Below are positions 12,248 through 24,680 of a stretch of 64,000 nt of DNA, piece by piece. Location of the stretch: the NCBI GenBank assembly GCA_964016885.1, contig OZ024761.1, positions 11,904,001 to 11,968,000 of the forward strand, read 5' to 3'. Positions within the stretch are counted from its first letter, which is position 1. Each line of letters opens with the position of its first letter. The translations under genes and the position numbers were made by a program. The notes below the pieces were generated by a model. That model worked only from the letters and a program-made list of their open reading frames with translations, was not told where the DNA came from and ran no database searches. The stretch comes from Eledone cirrhosa (taxonomy: Eukaryota).

Positions 12248-12268
12248 CTCATCTCTCTCTCTCTATAT

Positions 12269-12305
<37 letters not shown>

Positions 12306-12534
12306 CCAGAAATAGCCGTCGAAACGGCTTGAGCTCTGCCGTCGGGGGTCATACTTTTTCCTATATATATATATATATATATGCGGAAGCTTAGTAAAAT
12401 CGAAGCTTTGACTGTGGCCAAGCAAAGTCGACCTACAATAGGAATGACTTACAAAGCACTCAATAGCTTGACAATTGAACGTCATTATGGGCAAAACCCA
12501 AATATACAATACCAGAGTCACGAAAGAACTAACA

Positions 12535-12605
<71 letters not shown>

Positions 12606-12636
12606 TTATATTTATATATATATTTATATATATATT

Positions 12637-12667
<31 letters not shown>

Positions 12668-12687
12668 ATATATATTTATTTATATCC

Positions 12688-12735
<48 letters not shown>

Positions 12736-13235
12736 TTATATATATATTTATATATTTATATATATATTTATATATATATATAAATATATATATATACAAA
12801 TGAAAAGTATAGAAATTGTTGTAGCGAGAAGCCAACAGTATTCCATAACATATTTATTTATATATATATATATTTTATATTTATATATATATATGTATTT
12901 ACATACACACACACATATATATATATGTATGTATGTACATACACACATTTATATATATATATGTATTTACATACACACACATATATATATATATTTACAT
13001 ACACACATATATATATACACACACACATATATACACACATATACACACACACACATATATATATATATAGAGAGAGAGAGAGACACACACACACATATAT
13101 GTATATATATATAGGCAGACACACACACACATATATGTGTGTATACACACACATATATATGTATGTATATATACATACACGTGTATATATATATATATAC
13201 ATATATATATATGTGTGTGTGTGTGTGTATATATA

Positions 13236-13850
13236 TATATAGACAATATATATATATGTGTGTGTATATATATATAGACAATATATGTATGTGTGTGTGT
13301 ATATATATATATGTGTGTGTATATATATATATAGACAATATATATATATATATGTGTGTATATATATAGACAATATATATGTGTGTGTATATATATATAG
13401 ACAATATATATATATATGTGTGTGTGTGTGTATATATATATAGACAATATATATATGTGTGTGTGTGTATATATATATAGACAATATATATATGTGTGTA
13501 TATATATATATAGACAATATAGAATCTCATCTATATTAAAACTATAGACAATATATATATATATGTGTGTGTGTGTATATAGACAATATGTATATATATA
13601 TGTGTGTGTGTGTATATATAGACAATATATATATATATGTGTGTGTGTATATATAGACAAAATATATATATATGTGTGTGTGTGTATATATATATATAGA
13701 CAATATATATATATATATGTGTGTGTATATATATATAGACAATATATATATATGTGTGTGTATATATATATAGACAATATATATATATGTGTGTGTATAT
13801 ATATATAGACAATATAGAATCTCATCTATATTAAAACTATAGACAATATA
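13236..13850. repeat. Compound minisatellite TAGACAAT plus (TA)n(TG)n
   Basis: TAGACAAT recurs every ~35-50 bp. Confidence 0.9.
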
Positions 13851-14048
13851 TATATGTATATGTGTGTGTGTATATATATATATGTGCGTGTGTATATATA
13901 TGTATATATGTGTGTGTGTGTGTGTATATATATATATGTGTGTGTGTATATATATATAAAGTGTGTGTGTGTATTTGTCTGTAGTATGGAAACCGGGAAC
14001 ACCATAAATCTAATTACATGGTATGTTGCAGAGAATATTAGTGAAGTA

Positions 14049-14084
<36 letters not shown>

Positions 14085-15359
14085 TAATTGACGATGATGA
14101 TGATGATGATATATACATACATACAAACATACACACGTTATATATATATATATACACATACATACTCTCCTATATGATGAGACACGGTCACCCGACCCAA
14201 CACTTGCCTATAAATGGGACAAACCCGTCTAACCCATGCTAGCGTGGAAGATAGACGGTAATTGACGATGATGATGATGATGATGATGATATATATATAT
14301 ATATATGTGTGTGTGTGTTTATGTGTATGTATGTGTATTCAAGATTATGTATAAACAAGGGCAAAGATAATAATAATAATAATAATAGTAATAATAATAA
14401 TAAAAATGGTTTCTGATTTAGGCACAAGGCCAGTAATTCTCGTAGAGAGAGAGAGGGATGGAGGGGAACCTCAATTTATTCGACCCCAGTACGTTACTGG
14501 TGCGTTACTGACTGGGGGGGGGGGGTCGATTTAGTAATAATTTATAGTAGGAGACTATAGAATAATAATAATAACGGTGGTAATGACGATTAGCGATCTG
14601 AATAGTTTAAAGTTAATCTTACCTTTTGTAATTTCTAATAGTTGTAGTGTAGTTAGTAGATTACAATGCCGCCGTTGTATGTTATTACTAAGTATCCTTT
14701 AGATCGGTGCTCGCCTTTCTTTAGATTAGTGTCAAAGCCGAATAATACTAGAAAGAAATGTGACTTTTCCTTCCACTGTTCTCATCGGCCTGTCGTCGTC
14801 GTCACCGCCATCGTCGTGGTCGTAGTCGTACGGTAAATTATTCTACATCAGCAGCAGCAGCAACTGCTGATATTCCCCATTTCTGTTCGTTTTTTCCTCA
14901 CCATCAACCTATAATCTCTCACTATTCTCTCACTTATAAAAAGAATAGCAGAATTGCACGAACTTGTCATGAATATATATATTTATATATATAATATAAT
15001 ATGTATATATATTTGTATATTTATTTATATTTTTAATAAATACATTTTTTTCTTCTCAATTCTTATATTTTTCGCCCTCCTTTTTCCTTTTTACTTTCCC
15101 CTCTGTTTCCTGTCTTACTTTTGAAAATATACAGTTGTTGTGTGTGGTGGGGGAAGTACAGTGGATATTTATGGTCATGTGATACCAGTCTATCCATTCT
15201 ATTCCATTGAGTTATCCCGCATTACGGAAACTCTGTTTACGGAATGTCGCACTGACGGAAATTGTAAAGTAAACCCACCAATGTCGGAGTACGGATAGTA
15301 ATTCTGCTCTTAAGGAAATCTAGGCAAATTTGAACAATAGAAAATAAAAAATGAAATGG

Positions 15360-15395
<36 letters not shown>

Positions 15396-15812
15396 TAGCA
15401 GAGGTACCCGGCGTTGCTCGGGTATTAAATAGCAGTTGTGTATACCATTTCTGTCAATACTTCAGTGCTGCTTCGAAAACTATACTTTTACAAAATCATC
15501 GGCTTTTTCCAAAAGGGGGTTCCTGCCCCTAGGGATCCCCGACTCAATATGTGCCAATTTTGAGAGTTCCCATTCATCTTTAGGATAAAACGTAGCCCAT
15601 GTGTCAAGTTTTGTGAAAATCTGTTGCGAACTCCAGAAGTTATGACGTTTTGTTGCATTGCACAGCAGTGCTTCAGTCGACTCCAAGGAAGTGGTTAAAG
15701 GGGGTTATCTGCCGGGAGGCCCTATAATCAATATCTAGAAAAATGAAAGTGCCCATGACCATCTGGAGTACATAAGTAACCTATGTCTTAAGTTTGGTGA
15801 AAATACTGTAGA
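15396..15812 (-). mobile_element. Non-autonomous Helitron-like element
   Basis: Minus-strand 3' end TACCCG agcaacgc CGGGTA hairpin followed by CTAG|T; internal AAGTTT(G/T)GTGAAAAT repeats. Confidence 0.6.
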
Positions 15813-16245
15813 AATGCATAAGGTTTATACATGTGCGTGCGTCCGTGCGTGTGCTTGTGTGGGTGTATGTATTTGTGTGTGTGGGTGTATGTATTTGTGT
15901 GTGCGTATGTATGTGTATGTCCGTCGGGGCATACATATGTACTGGCCTAAATCTTCACTATTTACTTTTACTATTTTAATAACCTCTGTCATTTTCGTTT
16001 TCAATTTTATTTACATCATTCTTAAACTCCGGGGCTGGAAATCATTCTGTTATTTTAAATAGAATATTTGTCTAACAACAATTTTTTTAGTTTCAGAAGA
16101 TCCCGTTAAGGGTGAAAGCAGCGATTCTTTGCTTAAACTTTAATCTGTTATTTTAATAAATATTTGCTCTACAGTTCTTATATATCTGATCCTTATCGAG
16201 CCCTCTTTGGATTTTAGTCTTCAAATTTATTATTATTACTATATA

Positions 16246-19200
16246 TCATCATCATCATCATCATCACCGTTTTACGTCCGTTCTTCCACGCTAGCATGGG
16301 TTAGACGGGTTGTCCTGTTGTGGGCAGTGTCTGGTCGGCTGACCATGCCTTGCTCATACAGGAACTGATCTGGCTTGATTTCTACAGCTGGATGCCCTTC
16401 CTAACACCAACCTCATTTACAGTGAGTGCTGGGTGCTTTTTCGTGGCGCCTACACGTCCACTTTACAGTGTGGGCTGGGTGCTTTTTTTTGCCGTGGCAC
16501 CTCCACGACCACCTTGCGGTGGGGGGAGTGGGGGCATATTGTTTATATGCTTCAGCATGTACCCATGGGAGGTCGGGTACCCTGTATTACTGCGTGACGC
16601 CAGAAGTCACGGTCGTGTGTCATTGTCTTTGAGAGGTGTAGTTGGGTAAGGTCGGCTTTTATCACCTCATCCCAAGTCATCTTGGGTCTCCCCACTCCGC
16701 GGTTTCCATCAACTTCTAGTGCTCTGCACCTTTTTATGCAGCTGTCATCCTTCATACGCATCACATGTCCATACCAGCGTAACCGCCTCTCCTGCACACA
16801 GCATTTGATTCCTCTTATGCTCAGTCTCTCTCTCAATTCCTTTATGCTTTGTCGTTCACGTATATTACTGTTACACATCCATCGGAGCATGCAGGCTTCG
16901 TTTCTCTCTAATCTATGTAAGTCTTCCACCTTCAGCGCCCAGGTCTCACTACCATGCAACATCGCTGTTCGGATACACGCATCATACAGTCTGCCTTTCA
17001 TTCTGAGGGAGAAGCCTTTTGCAGCTAGCAGTGGTAGTAGTTCCCTAAACTTCTTCCATCCCGTTCTTACCCTAGTTATTGTACTTTCTGAGCACCCACC
17101 TCCGTTGCTAATTCGGTCACCTAGGTAGCAGAAGCTGTCTACTGTTTCTACAGGGCCCTCCTAGAGATTGGTGGTACTTGTTTCCTGTGGCTATTTGCTT
17201 GCTGTTTCAGCACAGCTGCTGCATGTGAATCCTACATTCTTAATTAAGCTTCCTGAGATCCCGCTACATCTCTTGTGTACCCATTGTTTGCATTTGGGGC
17301 AGAGAATGGAGTTCCTACCTACACCTTTCCTACATACTGAGCAAGGCCATTTCCCTGAGGGGATCTGGGTTCTGTTTTCTCGTCTACTTACAAGGACCTT
17401 AGTCTTTGTCATGTTGACTTTGAGGCCCTTTCTCTCTAGTCCCTGCTTCCAGGTTTGGAATTTATTCTCTAGTTCTACCATAGATTCAGCTATGAGTGCG
17501 AGGTCATCAGCATACAGGAGTTCCCATGGGCATCCGGTCTTAAACTCCTCCGTTATTGCCTGCAGGACTATGATGAACAGGAGAGGGCTAAGAACAGAGC
17601 CCTGGTGGACCCCAACCTGTACGCTAAATTCCTCGCTATACTCATTGCTAATCCTAACTTTGCTGACTGCTCCCCTATACATGGCTTGTACCGCTTTCAC
17701 AAGCCATTCATCTACTCCTAGTTTTCTAAGAGCCCACCAGATTACAGCACGTGGAACTCTGTCAAAGGCTTTCTCAAGGTCGACAAATGCCAAGTAGAGT
17801 GGCTTACTTTTAGCTAGGTACTTTTCCTGTAATTGCCTCACAAGGAAGAGGGCATCAGTGGTGCCTCTCCCTGGTACAAACCCAAATTGCATCTCGTCTA
17901 TATTCACCCGGTCCCTAATCAGCTGTGCTATAACTCTTTCTGTTACTTTCATGACCTGGTCCATCAACTTTATACCTCTATAGTTTCCTCTATCTAGTGC
18001 ATCGCCTTTACCTTTGTAACAGTTGACAATGATGCTACTGCACCAATCTTTTGGTATGGCCCCTTCTAGTATTACCTGGTTAACGATACGTGTGGTTATA
18101 GTGTGACCTACAGACCCAGATGCCTTCAGCATCTCGGCAGCTATACCCGATGGACCGGTTGCCTTCCCCATCTTCATATCTCTGATTGCCTTACTTACTA
18201 CGCTGCCGCTGACTTGTACTGCTGGTCCCTCTATAGGGTCTACATGGGGTAGGGTCTCTTCTTCCCATGCATTCTCCTCATTTAGTAATCTATCATAATG
18301 ACTCTTCCATGCATCTTTCTTCTCAGCACTTGTGAGGGCAAGCTCACCTTTATCATTCCGGATACACTTCTCTCCAATGACATCACAACTATCTCTGACA
18401 CACTGCCTCGCAATCTTGAATACCTCCTGTTTCTGGTCCTCACGTTGTAAAACATGCTTGAATTTTCTATCCTCTGCTTCCCTCCTAGCTAAGTATACTT
18501 GTCGCCTAGCTTCCCTCTTGGTCTCTATGTAATGTACCCTGCTCCCCCCATTCTTCCATTCTTTCCATGCCTGTCGCTTGGCCTTGACTGCTTCATCTAC
18601 CTTATTGTTCCACCACCAAGTCACTCTCCTCCTGCTTGAGGTCTTACTCCAGCCACAAACCTCATCCGTCGCCTCTAGTAAGTTATTTTTTAGGAACTCC
18701 CAGTTCTCTTCTACGTTAAATGTCTCTATCTGTTCTTCTTTACTGTCGTAGGCGTTGAGTAAAATATCTTTAAATCTGTTACTGGTTGAGGGGACTTTCA
18801 GCTTCCAGATCTTTCTTCTCCAGGTTGGCCTCTGTTTCAGGGCTCGTCTAGTTCTGACCGTGAGGTCGCTGACAACTAAGCTATGTTGGGATGTACATTC
18901 CTCACTAGGGAAGGCTTTTGTGTTTACGACCGTCCATCTGTCACGTCCTCTGATGAGGATAAAATCTAACTGACTAGAGTGCTCCCCTGATCTATAGGTG
19001 ATCAGGTGGTTGTCGGGTTTTTTAAAGTTTGTGTTACATATCGACATGTCATCGGCGTCGCAGAATTCTAGAAGTCTGAATCCTTCCTCATTCCTTGTGC
19101 CAACTCCATGGCCTCCATGTACTCTATTGAAGCCGTCGCAGTGTTTACCTACGTGTCCGTTAAAATCTCCTGCAATGATTAGGAAGTCCTTGTCGTCTGT

Positions 19201-20060
19201 TAGAGCAGTAGTGTGTATTAGGGACTCGTAAAACCTATCCTTAAGTTCGTCTGGCAGCCCCGATTGGGGTGCGTTAGCTGATATTATTGTTGTAATTGTC
19301 TTATTCAGGACTAGTCTGAGTTTAATGATTCTTGCATTTACCCTGTACACTGAGATTACTTTATCTACCCACTTGTCAGCTAGTAGTATACCTACACCAC
19401 CCATCCCATCGTCATTTCCCACCCAGAAAAATTTGTAGCACTGGCTTTTTCCTACAAGGACTCTAGCAGACCCTCCTCTCCATCTAGTCTCTTGCACACA
19501 GCATACATCAATTTCCTTTCGCTCTAGCATTTCTACGATTTCCCCTGCTCTTCCTTTCATTGAGCCTACATTGATGGTACCAACTCGGAGTTTTGGGCAT
19601 TTGTCGACACTCGTAGGGGAGGGTCTCTGGGTTGGCGCTTCACGTGGGTGCTTGGTAGCTCGCAGATTCATATTTCATCTATTGATTCAGAGTTGCTCAA
19701 ATGTATTCTCAGCTCATCCATCCATAACGGTGGGAAAATTGAGGGCTAGAAGAACAGTGGTGGTGGGGTAATGGCAGGGTGTGTTGGGATGCGCCAGAGG
19801 AGGAGAGAGTTAGTTAGGCAGGTAGTAGCAGCAGCAGTGGAAATGGCATGCTAGGTTTGATTGGTCGAATAGACTATGGTGGTGTGTGGGGGTAGAGGGG
19901 AGGGAGCTTGTGAGGTAGGAACTGAGAGTCGCATGGTAAATAACTGAGAGAGATACAATAGAATTAGAATACCGCATGGTAAATATCCAAGTTAATACTA
20001 CATCAGTAAAATTAACAATAATAACGTCATGAAAACTACTAAGAAAAACCCTCGAAAATT
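16246..20060 (-). mobile_element. Near full-length RTE-clade LINE
   Basis: ~390 bp 5' UTR, single APE-RT reading frame, 3' UTR and (TGA)n tail; TATATATCATCATCATCAT on both flanks (possible TSD). Confidence 0.95.
16552..19671 (-). pseudogene. RTE ORF: AP endonuclease, reverse transcriptase, PHD-like Cys/His finger, C-terminal domain; two in-frame TAG stops
   Basis: GTINV, VQETRW, GDFNGH, SQH (APE); [30 protein letters not shown] (RT); CSVC...CPKC..WVHKRC; RLRWYGHV. Stops at 17191 and 17161, same frame as 16552-17001. Confidence 0.95.
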
Positions 20061-20134
20061 TATATATATATATATCATCATCATCATTTTACGTCCGCTC
20101 TTCCCTGCTCGCAAGGGTGGATATATATATATAT

Positions 20135-20176
<42 letters not shown>

Positions 20177-20478
20177 TTTGTACGGCTTTTGGAGGAAGGA
20201 GTGACCAGCAGTACTTTGTTCGGTATTATTACGAAAAGGTGTAGCAGAGAATCCCGCGTGTACGAACAGCTTGGGAGGAAACTGCTTACCTCGAAGATTC
20301 ATTTGCCATCGTTCTTGTCAACACTCCATTTAGTTGGTATTTGTTGGTCTACAGTTAGATGAATGGCGCACAAAGGGTTAATGTTTATTGGCAAGAAGTT
20401 TTTTGAATAATAAAAGACGGGTTAAAGCGACCTACAATGTATCTGTGTGTGTGTATATATATTTATATATATACACAG

Positions 20479-20799
20479 ATGGCTTAGTGGTTAGAGCATT
20501 GGTCTTGCAATCGAAAGGTTGTGAGTTCAATTCTCAGACCGGGTGATGTGTTGTTTCCTTGAGCAAGACACTTTATTTCACATTGCTCCAGTTTACTCAA
20601 CTGTAGAAATGAGATGATAGGACTGGGGTCCCTATCATTCCACTGTAAAGTGGTCGTGGAGGTGCCACGGCAAAAAAGCACCCAGCACTCACTGTAAATG
20701 AGGTTGGTGTTAGGAAGGGCATCCAGCTGTAGAAATCAAGCCAGAATCAGTTCCCGTCCCACCCTTGCAAACAGGGAAAAGTGGACGTAAAATGATGAT
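20479..20799 (+). mobile_element. SINE family A
   Basis: Homologous to 591-930. Confidence 0.9.
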
Positions 20800-21579
20800 A
20801 CATATATAAATATGTGTGTGTGTATGTATGCATATATATATATATATGTGTGTGTGTATGTATATATATATATATGATGTGTGTGTGTGTGTATATATAC
20901 ATATATTTTTATGTGTATATTTATATGTGTATATGTGTATATCTATATATGTGTATATGTGTTTGTATACATATACAAACACATATACGTGTGTGTGTGT
21001 GTGTGCGTGTCTGTGTGTGAATGTAGCAAAGATAATACGTCAGAATGACGTTATGCAGACAGCCAGGCACACAGACAGATATTATAAGAGCGATACGGAG
21101 ATGGATAATCGGCGCCTAACACCCCTTTAACAACAGAACATTGAAAAAAAAAGCAGCAGTTAGTATCTTTAGACCGCAAGGAATATATAAATGCAAGTTT
21201 GAAGTCAATCGGAGTAGAAATGTGGATTTGTATAGACTTTGCAAAAAGGAGGACACACAGACAACATCAATTTTATATCATCATCATCATCATCATCGTT
21301 TAACGTCCATGTTCCACGCTTGCATGGGTTTGGACGGGAGTTTTCTCACTTGAGGCAAGATTGGTTGTCTTGCTCGCATAGGACTGTCTGGCGGGTTTTC
21401 TACAGCTGGATGCCCTTCCTAACACCAACCACATTTATAGTGTGGGACTGGGAGGTTTTTACCGTGTTGCCTACACGGCCACATTACAGCGTGGACTGTG
21501 TGTTTTTTCGTTGTGACACCTACACGATCTAATTTATTTCGGCCTGGCCGCGGCCGAAATACAATGATATTAAATAAAA

Positions 21580-21762
21580 GCATACCAAAGTTTTTGGTAC
21601 CCTTGAAATATATATAATAGAATAAATATGGTTTTATAAATATAGTTTCCATTTATTTAATATCATTGAATATTATACTCCAGAAATTGTTGAGTGCTCT
21701 GAATCAGTTATAAACATTTATATTTGTTGAATTACCAACAAATTTAATATCCCTTCTGCTTA
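21580..21762 (+). mobile_element. HHR family F3 element, 5'-truncated within stem II
   Basis: Matches 59805-59985 and the reverse complement of 40201-40375. Confidence 0.75.
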
Positions 21763-22723
21763 TATATATATATACATATATATATTGTTTGTTTTGATTG
21801 TTTAACTACAGCCTTGCCGTGGTACTAAGAGGAAGGATTTAGTGGATTATACAGCCTTGCCGTGGTACTAAGAGGAAGGATTTAGTGGATTAGATAGGCT
21901 ATAGAACTTGTTCTTTCAAGTCTTGTACTTATTTTATCGATCGCTATTTTCTCGAAGTCATGGAACATAAACAAAGAATGCCGCTTTTAAACGGTGTCAA
22001 CAGAGAGCCAGTTAAAGAAACAAGAGACAGGTCCACGTCTTGGAACATTTGTCGAAAACAGATCAGTTGGAAGTATATTTGGTCGAAAACAGACCAACGG
22101 AGAGTATATTGGTCGAAAAACAGTCCATTGACTATTGGTCAAAAAACATCTGAGTGAGTTTCTTGGTCAGTGTCCAAGTCTCAGACCCGTACAGTAGTAC
22201 AGACTCCACAACAAATAATTGTTTCTACTTTTGGCACAAGGCCAGCAATTACCCCAGTGCATTACTGGTACTTTATTTTATCAACCCCGTAAGGATGAAA
22301 GGCAAAGTTAACCTCGGCGGGATTTGAACTTAGAATGGCAAGGGCCATAACTATGCTGCAAAGCATGGCGTCCGACCCTCTACCGATACTGCCAATCCAC
22401 AACAAATAATGAATCAACACTTATCAAATATGTCTAGAATTTTGAGTTTCTCAATAAGTAAGCTCAATAGACTTTATCTAGAACCATAATAACCAAATAA
22501 AGAGATATATGTATATATATAGAGAGAGAAATAGCCAAATATTGTACAAGAAACACGGTAAATGAGGTTGGTGTTAGGAAGGGCATCCAGCTGTAGAAAT
22601 CAAGCCCGAATCAGTTCCCGTATGAGTAAGACAAGATCAGCCGACCGAACACTGCCCACAGCAGGACAACCTGTCTAACCCATGCTAGAGTGGAAGAATG
22701 GACATAAAATGGTGATGATGATG

Positions 22724-22807
<84 letters not shown>

Positions 22808-22838
22808 ATATAAATACCACCACATTACAATGCAATTC

Positions 22839-22970
22839 AGCTTTCTTGATGATTTCCTTTGAATGAAACAGTTCTAGTCCTGTAGAAGCCATTTCTATAT
22901 TAAATTTTGTTGCATACACTCTACTTATGTATTGAGTACCTTACTGTGGTTACCTCTGATTGAACCCGGG
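22839..22970 (+). mobile_element. HHR family F2 element (core TTGATGA) with tail
   Basis: GAAACAGTTCTAGTCCTGTA then TATTGAGTACC tail as at 12050-12177. Confidence 0.7.
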
Positions 22971-23355
22971 ACTCTCTCACACACACACACATATATATAT
23001 ATATATGTGTGTGTATAGGATAACAAGGTATCGTTTAAGGTAATCCAACATGTTATTCTTCATTCTTTTACTATATATATATGTATATATATATATTATA
23101 TATGTATATATACACACATATATATAAGTATATTATACACACACACACACTCATATATATATATATATCCAAACCCATGCATGCGTGGAAGATGGACGTT
23201 AAACGATGATGATGATGTTGATGATGATATATACACACACATATATGTATGTATATATGTATATATGTATATATGTATCTATGTATATATGTATATGATG
23301 ATGATGATGATATATACACACACATATATATATATACACACACTTATTACAAATG

Positions 23356-23390
<35 letters not shown>

Positions 23391-23395
<5 letters not shown>

Positions 23396-23627
23396 ATACT
23401 TTGGGAGGGTCATGTTGCCAATAAGAAACACATGCACCAGTTGCTTTCACTCCAATTTATAATATTATAAATTAAATTTATAAATTTAATTTATAATAAA
23501 TTGGAGTGAAACAACAGGTGCATGTGTTTCTTATTGGCAACATGACCCTCCCAAAGTATAACAATATCGGTTTCAACACACGTTTTCAGATAAAGAATCT
23601 TGCTAAACAAATTCAGAAATGAAATAT
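23391..23627. mobile_element. Palindromic Penelope-related terminal fragment
   Basis: 23391-23564 palindrome; ends GACCCTCCCAAAGTATAACAA resemble the terminus of 9692-10683; second palindromic copy 27476-27605. Confidence 0.65.
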
Positions 23628-23658
23628 ATATATATATGTATATATATATATACATATA

Positions 23659-24335
23659 TAACGAAGCTTGCATGCTCCGCTGGATGTGTAATAGTAATAT
23701 ACGTGAACGGCAAAGCATAAATGAACTAAGGGAAAAATTAGAAATAAGAGGGATCAGATGTTGTTTACTCGAGAGAAGGCTACGTTGGTATGGTCACGTG
23801 ATGCGCATGAAAGACGACAGCTGTATAAAAAAGTGCAGGGCAAGAAAAACCTGGGACGACTTGATAAATTCCGACCTCACACACTTACACCTCTCCAAGA
23901 CAATGTCACTGGACCGAGATCTTTGGCGCTACACAGTAATACAGAAGACCCGCCTTGCCTAAGTACAAAGCGAAACCTACAGTCAGTAGGCACCTCTAAC
24001 AAAAGTACACCCCCGTCCCACCACCCCCACCCCATCCACACCACCCCTTTCAATGTGAAGTTATGTTGGTACCACAACATCCAGTCCTAAATAAATGAGG
24101 TCGTGTAGGTGTCACGACAAAAAAACACACAGTCCACGCTGTGTAGGCAACACAGTAAAAACCTCCCAGTCCACACTGTAAACGTGGTTGGTGTTAGGAA
24201 GGGCATCCAGCCGTAGAAAACCCGCTAGACAGTCCTATGCGAGCAAGACAACCAATCTTGCCTCAAGTGGGAAAACTCCCGTCCAAACCCATGCAAGCGT
24301 GGAAGATGGACGTTAAACGATGATGATGATGATGA
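23659..24335 (+). mobile_element. RTE LINE 3' fragment
   Basis: NEACMLRWMC...RLRWYGHV, internal deletion, 3' UTR, (TGA)n tail. Confidence 0.9.
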
Positions 24336-24680
24336 TATCTAATGATGTTGACTTGTTCTTCTTTTTGGTAAATATCATCTTGGTTAAGAGAGTGGGACTG
24401 GCTTTGTGCAGTGCCTTTGCTCACTATAAAAGCTTCACGGCACAGGCATTGCTTTATATCTGGAGATCTCTCTGCACTTGTCGTCACATGGTACCATGGG
24501 CCCAGCACTATGTGTCAATAATTGTCACAAGTGTAGTGTTTGTACCAGAGTTTTCAAGTCGCTGGCTGGACTAAAAAGTCACACTCGTTCAGCGCATCGG
24601 TAGGGGTTCTCCTACATGGATATAAAGTTGTGGCCGTACTCGAAAACGAGTTGGCAGCCACCATATATGTATATATATGT

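Noticed and set aside
14623-14900. Minus-strand exon ending at AAG|GTAAGA
   Set aside because: Frames examined contain stops; at most a non-coding exon, unsupported.
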